Positions 35,201 to 47,009 of a DNA stretch of 64,000 nucleotides are shown here, piece by piece (the first letter of the stretch is position 1; the number at the start of each line of letters is the position of its first letter). The stretch is taken from contig NC_058369.1 of assembly GCF_018350175.1 (NCBI RefSeq), positions 10,294,001 to 10,358,000 on the forward strand, read 5' to 3'. This stretch comes from Felis catus (lineage: Eukaryota). The position numbers and the translations under genes are program-made. The notes under the pieces were generated by a model, which did no database searches, was not told the DNA's origin, and worked only from the letters and a program-made list of their open reading frames with translations.

Positions 35201-38200
35201 TAAAAAGAAATGGTGTTTGGGTCAGGGATGACAGTTTGACTAGGACTAGGGATGGTAGTGACACTCCAGAATGTGAGTTTCAAAAAGGTCACGATGTTTC
35301 AGGAAGACCCCTAATTTTGCTCAGCTGACATTGTCGAGAACATTCTGTGCCCCTGGCCCTAGGCTGGGGCTTGGGCATTCAGAACAACCAAGACAAGACT
35401 TCTGTTTCCACAGCCCTTAGAGTCTGGCGGCAAGACAAAAACAAATGATCACTTATAACATTTGCAAAGTGAGGTACTTCTGCCCAGATCCCATCCAGGG
35501 CTGTTCCTGTCCCCACCTTCTCCATGACCTGACCCAGAATGTGCTTTGCCCAGAATAGAGGCCACTGATTCTGTGCAAAGTTGAGGAAAGGCAAGGACAT
35601 CCCCAAACTCCTAGATGATGTGACATGTGGTTGATGAACCTGCATTCACGTGGGGCAAGGGAAGGGGAAGGCAGGGGGCCTAAAACGCATGAAGGCATGA
35701 CCATGAAAGGGTGCGCTGGGTTCTGGGAACTGTTATGCGATGTTTTGAGTGTGTTGTAAGGATAGAAATGTTCTCAGGACCTACTAGGTGAGGCATGGAA
35801 GCAATCCCTGTGTATCAGGGCAAAGTCCATTCTCTCTGGACATGAGATCCTTGGAGCTCTGAGGATAATGCTCTGGATGGGGGACATTCCTCTGACTCAT
35901 CCTCACCTGGTGTTCTGGAGGGTGGACACATCTCTGTTGAGGGAGGAGAGCTTGTTTCTCACAATCCAGAAGGTCATCAGAAAGAAGGCCAGATTAATCT
36001 GCAGAAAGCCCACAGGGGTATTAAATTCACTCCACATCTGGTAAGCATCCTCCCAGCTCATCCAACCCCTAACCCGGCAGGTAAGAAGCTTTTGCATTTT
36101 GTAGAAGTCCTAGAAGACTAGACCAACCACCCTGTAACTCAGGCATGTGTTTGTCCTGTAACTTTGGCGAGCACTTCGATGCAGTTCACATGGAAACTCC
36201 AAATTTTAGCACTGAAAGTCCCAGGTCTCAGGACACGTTAGTCCTGTTGTTACAATGGAAATTCCTGCATCCTGGGGGCGGGGGGGGGGTGTCTCTCATC
36301 AGTCCTGGGCCAACTGGAATGATTGCTCCCGCTGCCTGTAACCCTCCTGGTACACCTGGTCTTTGAATGACCGTCACTTGGGCAGGCAGGATGCTCTGAT
36401 GTCACGTTACTCACGGAGAAGATGGTGCAGACGGGGCCCAGGAAGGTCCATACAAATCCTTTGTCTGTGTGGAGCCAGCATCTAAGAGAGAGATGAGAAG
36501 TGAGTCAAGAGAACATTGGCCTTTGTGGATAAAGAATCACTAGAATGTATAATATATAATGATTGAATACTTCATAATGAACATTTAAAATAATTCAATC
36601 CTAAGGACTTAAAACCAGTTCAAGGAACACAAAATTCCACCAGAGAGATGTCTTCGGAGTGGGCACTGACCTTTCCTCTGCCTATCATGTTCGGGGGAAA
36701 TTAAATCGCTGTTGGTTCTATGATGGCCACAGTTGTGCTGGAGAAGATGGGGGCAGTGGGAATTGGCACTTACCTGGTGGGTGTTCCATAAAGGGAAGGT
36801 CTGGATGCAGCAGAAACGGCCACGATCAGAGCCGGGACTCCATAGCCCACAGGGAACATGAGCCACTTCATGAGCCTGCTCACACTGGAGTAGTTGACCA
36901 CCGTCAGGTTGCGTGCCGTGAGGAAGAGGTGTAGACCGTCCAACAGCATCCAGGTGAAGGAGGCCAGGTAGAGATAGTGTAAGGCCCCCGCGATGATGGC
37001 GCACAGCAGCTGGGCGAGGAGGAAGGAGTCACCAGGAGGGACTGTCAGGGAGGAGGGTGGCCCCAGGACCCCTCCCACACCTTGCCAGCGGGGAGAACTC
37101 GTGTATATATATATAGGGTCGAGTTGTTGAGAGAGGATTGTCTTCTGCTTCATCAGTCAACGTGAAATAGGCTATTTACCCCTCCAGCCTCCCTGTCGCC
37201 CAGCGATATTGTGTTAAGGCATCAGTGCAGCAGGGCTCCACGAACTGAGCATCCCGTGGCTCAGAGCAGGGGGTCCTCTGGGACGGTGTCAGTACCTTGA
37301 TCTTGGTCTGGTCGATGGCCGTGAGGAAGAGCAGGTGGGCCAGGAAGAGGCAGATCGAGAGCTGCAGGTGGAGCGAGGTGCTGGTGTTCTGGATGGCTTT
37401 GCACAGGAGGAAGGTGAGGGCTGCCAGGAGGAGGCACAGCAGAGAGAGGCCCAGCCCCACGTAGGTGATCACAGCCAGCACGGGATCCTCCTCCTGGGAC
37501 CCACCGAGGAGGACATCACAGTCAGTCTCCAGGATTAATTTTCCCCCTTTGGAATGCGGCACCCCAAACATAGGCATGAAGCCAGTTGATAAGAGTTTAA
37601 GACGCGTCTGTCAGACTAAGTCGTCTTCTTCCCGGCTTTACTGAGGTGTACGTAACATACAAAAAATTGCACACGTTGAATGCACACATTTTGATGAGTT
37701 TGGGCATAGGCACAGACCTATGATGCCATCACCACAGTCAAGGTAGTAAACTATCCATCACCTCCACGATCCTGTGTCCCCCTTGCTTTTTTCTTTCTGG
37801 AGTAAGAAACAACACGAGATCGACGCTCTTGACAAGTTTTTAAGTGCACAATACTGTGTTAACCATAGGCTCTATGTTGTACAGCAGATTCACGTGGAAA
37901 TGAAAGAATGTGCTAGGCTAAGTCTTGCACTCAAGAGATAAAGGAAGCCCTGTGTCGCAGAGGCCCCTCACGCTCTCTGCTACCTGCCCTTCGGCCGTTT
38001 TCTGGGAAATCCAGTGACCCTGCCCGAGACTATTTCTCCTGCCACAGGAGCATGCCTGGACATGCCAGAGGGGTCACAAGTACCAGGACGTTAATACCCC
38101 TAGAAGCTGCCCTCAAATAATACAAGTTATGGCATTGGTGGATAAATATCCCAGTTCCCTCACCTTTATGTGGGAAGGCTCTGAAATGCATGTTCTAGGA

Positions 38201-41200
38201 TATCTCCCAGGAGTACCCAATGGGATTGAGTCCCAGTTGTCCATGTTGGTAACTTTCTCTCTCCCCCTCCCTCTCCCCGCCTCTCTCTTTTAGAGGGAAG
38301 GGAAGGGACACAGGGAGAGGGAGAGAGAGAATCCTAAGTAGGCTGCCTTCCCGGTGGGGAGTGCGATGTGGGACTCGATCTCACGACCCTGAGATCGTGA
38401 CCTGAGCAGAAATCAAACCGACTGAGCCACCCAGGCACCCCTCCCATTTTTTTAAAGAGTATTTATCATCCCCCCAGAGGGGCTGACACAGGGCTGGCTG
38501 GAGGAATTAAATGTACACGTTGTACCTGGTGGGTTAGGGCCACAAGGACAGCAAAACTGGACAGGTGGGTGGAGTTGCATATGGTGTGACTTTTGTTCGC
38601 TTGTATCAGGAAACAGCCGTCGCTGGACCACTGGCCGCCCTCGTTCGTGCTTTTCCAGTAGACGCAGACGGCCTTTTCACTGCTGGGCTTCATCTGAAAG
38701 TAGAAGGGGCTCGTCACGTTCTTCTTTGGGACGGACAACTCTCAGCGTGTGGGTCTACACTGGGGTGTCAAGTGAACAGACACGTGGCCGCTTAGAAGTG
38801 ACTCAGGCGATTTTTATTCTAACTGAAGAGGACGCCTGCCAGGATGCCTGTTCCCATAGTCGCAGCGCTGTTGGGGTTCCCTGCGACACGAAACAAAATC
38901 AAGGCTCTCTGGGGGGCCAGAATTTTACAGGACGTCATTGGTTTCCGGACTTTATCTGCCACCAGGAAGTCAAACAAACAAACAGAAGTAAATAAAAGAG
39001 GGGCGCCTGGGGGCGCCTGGGTGGCGCAGTCGGTTTAGCATCCGACTTCAGCTCAGGTCACGACCTCGCGGTCCGTGAGTTCGAGCCCCGCGTCGGGCTC
39101 TGGGCTGACGGCTCAGAGCCTGGAGCCTGTTTCCGATTCTGTGTCTCCCTCTCTCTCTGCCCCTCCCCCGTTCATGCTCCGTCTCTCTCTGTCCCAAAAA
39201 TAAATAAACGTTGAAAAAAAAATTTAAAAAAAAAAAAAAGAGGGGCGCCTGGATGGCTCCGTGGGTTAAGCGTTTGACTCTTTTTTTTTTTTTTTTTTTT
39301 TTACATTTATTTATTTTTGAGAAGAGAGAGACAGAACATGAGCGGGGGAGAAGAGAGAAAGAGGGAGACACAGAATTTGAAACAGGCTCCAGGCTCTGAG
39401 CTGTCAGCACAGAGCCCGATGCGGGGCTCGAACTCACGAACTGTGAGATCACGACCTGAGCCGAGGTCGGACGCTTAACTGACTGTGCCACCAGGTACCC
39501 CGTAAGAGACTCTTAAATACAAAGAATCAACTGAGGGTGGCTGGAGGGGTTGTGGGTGGGGGGTGGGCTAAATGGGTAAGGGGCATTAGGGAAGACACTT
39601 GTTGGGATGAGCACTGGGTGTTATACATGGGGGGTGAATCACTAGAATCTACTAAAATCATTACAGCACTCTGTGCTAACTTGCATGTAAATTCAAAAAT
39701 AAAATAAAATAAAATTCCAAGTCCTATGCTTAACCAACCAAGCCACCCAGGCGCCCCCAAATTATTATTATTATTTTTTCAGATTAAAAAAAAAGTAGGG
39801 GTGCCTGGGTGGCTCAGCCGGTTAAGTGTCTGACTTCGGCTCAGGTCACGATCTCACGGTTCGTGGGTTCGAGCCCCGCATCGGGCTCTGTGCTGAATGC
39901 TTGCTCAGAGCCTGGAGCCTGTTTCGGATTCTGTGTCTCCTTCTCTCTCTGCCCCTCCTCCACTCTCACTCTGTCTCTCAAAAATAAATAAATGTAAAAA
40001 AAAAAAAGTAATCTCTACCCTGAACGTGGGGTTCAGACCCACAACCCCGAGATCAAGAGGCATAGGCTACACCGACTGGGCCAGCCAGCAGCCCCCGAAA
40101 AATTATTAATGAGCTGCTTTGCATGGTGGTTTTCTTAGGACGGGTTCAAACTCTGGAAATACCGAGTCTAAATCCAGAAATACTACATCTTCTGAATCTC
40201 AATTCAGACCCACCACGTTTCACGAGGCTCCTGGCTACGGTATTCGACGGCACAGTCCAGAAACCCAGAGTGGGGAGGGAGTGCACATTATTTGGTCCAC
40301 CTCCAAGACCCCCTAAGCACGCTCAAAGAGCAGCTCTGACCCACCTTCACGTGCTGAAAACTCAGAATCACAGACTTGGGGAGAGATGTATTCCTTTCGG
40401 GTCCAATAGCGGCACTCACTACCTGAGAGTTCAGGTAAACTCGGTCTTTGCCATTTGCCTCTTCAAAGAACGTTGCGTTTATGATGTTTCCAAGAGAAGA
40501 GTATGAAATAAAGGCAATTGCGGTGGGACCTGAGGAATCGGAGAAATGAGAGTCTGAAAAAAAATGCCACCGTTCCTTCCCCACACCTATGATGCACGCG
40601 CACACACACGCACGTGTGCATATACACAGGTATACGTGTGCACGCATAGTCACATACCTGAGCGCGAGTGCAATAGAGATTCTCACTGTCTCTCCCTTTT
40701 CCACCTCTGACACAGACGTCGTGTGTTTGGCCCTGAACCCTTTTTCTGGACTGAATAGGGGAAAACTTGGGGGAAGAACTGGATGGACCGAGAGAGGTTA
40801 AGCTGATTTGTGTAAGAGAGGACACTGCTGGCCTTAGGAGAAAATGATATCAAAGTTGGGGGGAGGGCCAAGAAGAGGCTGATGGGATTTTGAGGGAGGA
40901 GGAGAGGAGAGAGGTGGGTCAGCCTCGAAGAGGAGGAAACTCAGCAAGTTGGGTAGGTCTTCTTCCACTTCCTCTGCTGCCTCCTGGAGACTTCCAGAAA
41001 GACTGGCTTATTTTTCAAGACTTGGAGCATTTGCTTTGCATTCCTTTTGGATGAAGAATAATGTTGAGACTGGACTTAAGGAAATCCGTTAATAGTTGGG
41101 TTACACGTATGTCTATCTCTATGTATGAATGTAATCATCTCCTTCCGTATATTATATACGTAAACCAGATCTAGAAATAGTGTATATGGAAATCATAATA

Positions 41201-44200
41201 TGGGGAGCCTGGGAGGCTCAGTCGTTTGAGTGTCCGACTTCGGCTCAGGTCATGATCTCGCAGTCCGTGAGTTCGAGCCCCGCATCGGTCTCTGTGCGGA
41301 CAGCTCAGAGCCTGGAGCCTGCTTCGGATTCTGTGTCTCCCTCTCTCTCTGCTCCTCCCCTGCTTGTCTCTGTCTTTGTCTCTCTCTCAAAAATAAATAT
41401 TGAAAAAAAAAGAGATCATAATATACCCATACCTCTATCTATTCACATATTCAGTTTTCTTTGATGGAATGCCTACTATGTTCCAGACACTATTCTGGAG
41501 ATACAGTGGGGGACAGGATAAACCACTTCTTAGGGATCTTACTTTCTGGTCCAGGAGAGAAGCAAACAAACATAAACAAACCAATAAAAGCCTATGTCAC
41601 AGGATGATGGGTCCTACGGAGAAAATTAAGTGAGGTGAGGGGACAGGCAGATTTGGCGGAAGCTATTTCAGACAGTTTTCAGACAGCAGAGTGACGGCAG
41701 GGAGGGCCATGTGGGCATCGACAGAAGAGAACGTGCCCAGCTGGTTCAGGGAACGGGGAGGAGGTCAGTGTGGCTGAAGAGGGGTGTGTAGGGTGGAGAG
41801 TGTGTGGGGGGGAGGGGTGAGGGCAGGGGTGATGGGGGCAGATCCTGCAGGGCCTTATAAGCCTTGAGGAGGGCTTTTGCTTTTATTTTAAGACAGTGGT
41901 TGGGGCGGCTGGGTGGAGAAAAAAGTGGCTGACTTTTTTTTTTTTTTAATTTTTTTTTTTTCAACGTTTATTTATTTTTGGGACAGAGAGAGACAGAGCA
42001 TGAACGGGGGAGGGGCAGAGAGAGAGGGAGACACAGAATCGGAAGCAGGCTCCAGGCTCTGAGCCATCAGCCCAGAGCCTGACGCGGGGCTCGAACTCGC
42101 GGACCGCCAGATCGTGACCTGGCTGAAGTCGGACGCTTAACCGACTGCGCCACCCAGGCGCCCCAAAAGTGGCTGACTCTTGATTTCAGCTCAGGTCATG
42201 ATCTCAGGGTTCATGGGTTCGAGCCCTGTGTGGGGCTCTGCACTGGCAGTGTGGAGCCTGCTTGGGATTCTCTCTATCTCTGCCCTTCCCCCCCACCTCT
42301 CTCTCTCTCTCTCTCTCTAAAAGAAAAAAAAGATCTTTTATTTTAAGCTAGTGGAAAGGCACTAAAGGATGTTAAGCAAAAGAATGCCATAATTTAATAT
42401 ACTTTAATAGGCTAAAAATCAAAATGCACATGATATATTTATATCATGTATTTATAACTATTATACAGTGGAAGGACATGTATATGGCATATATCAATAG
42501 GATGGGCCAAACTGTGTCCCCCCTACCCCCCAAATTCATTAAGTTCAAGTCCTTCAGAATGTGACTGTTTGAAGACAGGGCCTTTATAAAGATGGGGCCA
42601 GAGGAGGGAGGACCTGACTTTGGTGCCGTGATGGAAATAGGCAATCCTGGGAGGCATCAAGGAGGGGGTGAGAGCTGAGCCGCATTGAAAAGTAAAGAAG
42701 AAGAACTCTGGACACGCAAAGAGAGACCGGAGACGTGCACTCGCAGGGAAAAGACCGTGTGAAGACAGAGAAGGTGGCCATCTGCCAAGGAGAGAGGCCT
42801 CAGAAGAAACCCACCCTGCCTGCGCCTTGATCTCAGACCTGTAGCCTCCAGAACTGTGAGAAACTAAGTTCCTCTTGTTTATATAAAAGGAGAAAACAAA
42901 TGCATTTGTAGTTAGCCTGAATATGATGGATTACGGGCTATAGCATGGGTTATACAGAGTTACAGGATGCTATGACCATATTCCCATGTCCATAAGTTTT
43001 TTCTTTGTAGCCGCAGAGAAGTCCACGCCACAGAGGCCATCTATGTGGATGAGTGAGGATTGTAGGGACCGGAAACAGGTTAGCAGGTTTCTGGATAAAA
43101 GTCCCTTACTAGCCACTTACTAGCTCTGCACTAAAATAAATTCCTGTTCGAATAAATTCTTCACATGCTTCTCTACTCAGGCTTCTCTGGTCTTGCCTGA
43201 GGGAACAGAAGCGATTCATTTCTGTTTCTCTGAGTTCATGACAGTTTTCCATTTGTCAGAGTGAAACAGCGGTAGGTGGACGGAAAAGACGGGCAGGTGA
43301 TCTGTCCACCTGCTCTTCGGCTTGGAAACGGCTTAGTTTTGAGCAGAGGTATTCTGGTTACGAGCAAAATCGCAAGCAGAAAAGAGAAGGGTGGCTGTAC
43401 TTTTCCAAGGTCAGCCTCTGTGGCCTGGGTTTGTTCTCTGAGATGTTTTACAGGGGAGCTGGCGTCATGTGACTGTCTGTCTCGAATTACCTGGGACAGT
43501 CCCGGCTCACCTCTGGTGGGTGTCTTCGGGGCGAGTTGGTAACACCTCCCTTCGATCTTAAAGTTGTTGCTCTTTGAAGGTCATTTATAAGGTCGCTCTA
43601 GGTGAGCATTTCTCAGATGGCGGGGGCGGGGGGGGGAGTGGCAATTCTGCCCCCTCTTGGGACATTGGGCAATGTCTGGAGGCATGTTTGGTTGTCGCAC
43701 TGGGTGACGGCTACTGACGTCTAGTGAATCAAGGTGGGGGAGAGGCTGCTGCTCAACATCCCTACTGGACACAGGATGGCTGCCATGACAAAGAATAGAC
43801 ACAGCCTGAGGGACAGAGAAGTGTCCCTCTCTGAGCTGTCAATGGGTTCTTTTCTCTCATTGGGAATGTTGAGGCATCGCCCTAAATGTGGATTTAATTC
43901 AGCGAACATTTGTCCCTGTCCTCCAGGTGATGTGCCCCTCGTGGTGACTATAGAAAGAAATCATTCATGATTTTGGTCCTTATGGGGATTCCAGCACAGT
44001 GGGGGAGACAAAGACGTGTCAATCAAGACACAGCACAACACGTTAGATGCCAGGATGGGGTAGGTTCGAGATGCTGGGGGAACGTAGAGGAGGGAGGGTC
44101 AGGTTTTGGTGCCGTGATGGAAGTGCGCAGTCCTGGGAGGCCTCATGGAGGAGGTGCGGGCTAGGCTGTGTTGAAGAGTAACAGTTCACCCAGTGGAGTG

Positions 44201-45483
44201 GTGGTTGGCATTCCTGGCAGAGGAACAGATAATGCAAATGTCCAGAGATGAGACTATGGGGCATCACTGGGGGAGGGCGAAGAGTCCCGTACTGGGCACC
44301 TCTAGGCCAGGGGCTCCTTGAGGCACATGCAATCACATTACGATGCCTGTTATTTACTTAAACAATTCAGCACAGGCAGCCGTTGTGGGCTGAGCTGTGT
44401 CGTCTCTGAATTCCTATGTGAAATCCTGACCCCCCATGACCCCAGGATGCGATTAAAGAGCAAGTGGGACCACAGATGTGTTTTCGTCTGGCTTGCACTG
44501 GGAAGTCGTGCACACTCTCCACAAATCGTGAGTTTCAGAAGAACCTGGGGACAACGCCGGTGTGAATCACGTGGCTGGAGGTTGGCTTCTATCCTCCGCC
44601 TGGCCCGTTCTCGAACGGGGCAGATTCACGCACTTATCTTTTTGGGGGAGGAGAGGAAGTAATAGGAACTAACTGCCTCACTTCCTCAGTTCAGCATGTG
44701 GTTAGTTGTCCATGTTTTGTTGTCTTTCCTTTGGGACTTTTGCTGACATTACAGACCAGCTGTACCCACCTTTACAGGATGGGATTTTAAAACCTCATTT
44801 ATCACGTTACACCAGTTATAACGCCATGGCAGCTATCGTAAGACCAAATTTGAAAACTGAAGGTATGGGGCGCCTGGGTGGCGCAGTCGGTTGAGCGTCC
44901 GACTTCAGCCAGGTCACGATCTCGCGGTCCGTGAGTTCGAGCCCCGCGTCGGGCTCTGGGCTGATGGCTCAGAGCCTGGAGCCTGTTTCCGATTCTGTGT
45001 CTCCCTCTCTCTCTGCCCCTCGCCTGTTCATGCTCTGTCTCTCTCTGTCCCAAAAATAAATAAACGTTGAAAAAAAAAATTAAAAAAAAAAAAAAGAAAA
45101 CTGAAGGTATTTGGGGCGCCTGGGTGGCTCAGTTGGTTAAGCATCTCCCTTGGGCTCAGGTCACGATCTCGCGGTTTGTGAGTTCGAGCCCTGTGTCGGG
45201 TTCTGTGCTGACGGCTCAGAGCCCGGAGCCTGCTTCGGATTCTGGGTCTCTCTCTCTTTCTGCCCCTCCCCTGCTCATGCTGTCTCTCTCTCTCTCTCAA
45301 AAATAAATAAACATTTAAAAAAAAATTGAAGGTATTCATGCAACCAACCTGATTTTTGGTTTCTCTTGAAACACCAGAAAGTCTGGCAACACTGGGACAG
45401 TTAATAGTTTAACAATCCATTCCTGTGTACACAGGATTAGCAGGTGCTGTAGGTGCCTTGACTATTCCCTGGGCCCTCTTGGG

Positions 45484-45531
<48 letters not shown>

Positions 45532-46963
45532 CACGAGCAGGGGAGAGGGCAGAGAGAGGGAAGGAGAGATTCCCAAGCAGGCTCCATACTCAGCAGAGGG
45601 CCTGATACAGGGCTTGATCCCATGACCCAGGGATCGTGACCTGAGCTGAATCAAGAGTCAGATGCTTAACTGACTGAACCCCCCAGGCGCCCCGGGTTTC
45701 TTATCTGCTGACAGATTCTATTGCGAACAATTGTAACTCTCTGCCTGGGGGCATTCCCTGTAGGGAGTATTTGATTTGTACACAGGGCAGAATGGGAGAG
45801 CTCGGAGGGTCACAGTTACCACCTGCAGCAAATCTGCTCACTGACATACTGACACCTGTAGTGGCTGTCCCCTCTTCTCTGTCTCATTTCCTCTCTTCCC
45901 TACTGGGATGGTTAATTTTGTGTCAGTGTGGCTAGGCCATGCTACCCAGCTGCTGGGTCAAACGTGAGTCCGGGTGTTGCCGTGAAGGTATTTTTCAGAT
46001 GAGGGTAACATTTCCATCAGGAGACTTTGAATAAAGTAGATTACCCTCCATCACCCAATCAGTTGCAGGCCTTAAGAAAAAGACTGACTTCTCCCAAACA
46101 AGAGGGTATTCTGTCTCTCGGCTGTCTTTGGTCTGCAGCTACGACATTAACTCTTCCCTGGGTCTCCGGCCTGCTGGCTAGAGTTTGGACTTGCTACCTT
46201 CCATAATCACATGAGCTAATTTCTTAAGATCTCTGTTTCTCTTTCTGCCCACACGCATATCCTATCGATTCTGTTTCTCTGGAGAACGGTGACTAATCCG
46301 CCTACCGATGCCTCCTGGAATCACATCCCAAATACACTCCTTACGCTTCTCTCGGGGACTGCATTTGGGTGAACCCCGTCGGAGCCCTGGACAGAAAAAC
46401 CTCCAAATTGCAAAGAAGTGTCTTCCACACTGAAGAATAGAAAGCCTCCACTTTGGGGAGTTGTTTTTTTTTTTTTTTTTTTTTTAGGAAAAGACTCAAA
46501 TGACACAGTCTTCGGGTAACAAACCAATTAGGAAAGACCTTATTGGCGACTCTCCCAGTGACTCACATAATGATGCTGATCTGTGTGTCTTAGAGGTTCT
46601 GAATGCAGCCACTACATGTACCTTTCACGTTTTCCTGCACGATGTCATTGCAACGGATGTCCACTGAGTTCATGTAGGTGTTCAAGCTGAAGACCTTTCC
46701 TTCTTCCGAGCAATTGTCTGTAACAACTAGAGTTTCAATAGCTGGTGAGAAAAACAACAGGCAAGCTTATCATTATTACAAGCTTTAAAAATGTGAATAG
46801 CAACATGAACAGGTCACATTTACTGAATGTCTAGAATGTTCCAGGCACTGTACATTGTCATATAACCCCATGAGGAACCATTATCCGAGTGAGGAAACTG
46901 AAGTTAAGAAGTTAACTTCTTAACTCCTGAAAAACAAGTTCTCTTTTTTTTTTATGTTTTTTT

Positions 46964-47009
<46 letters not shown>

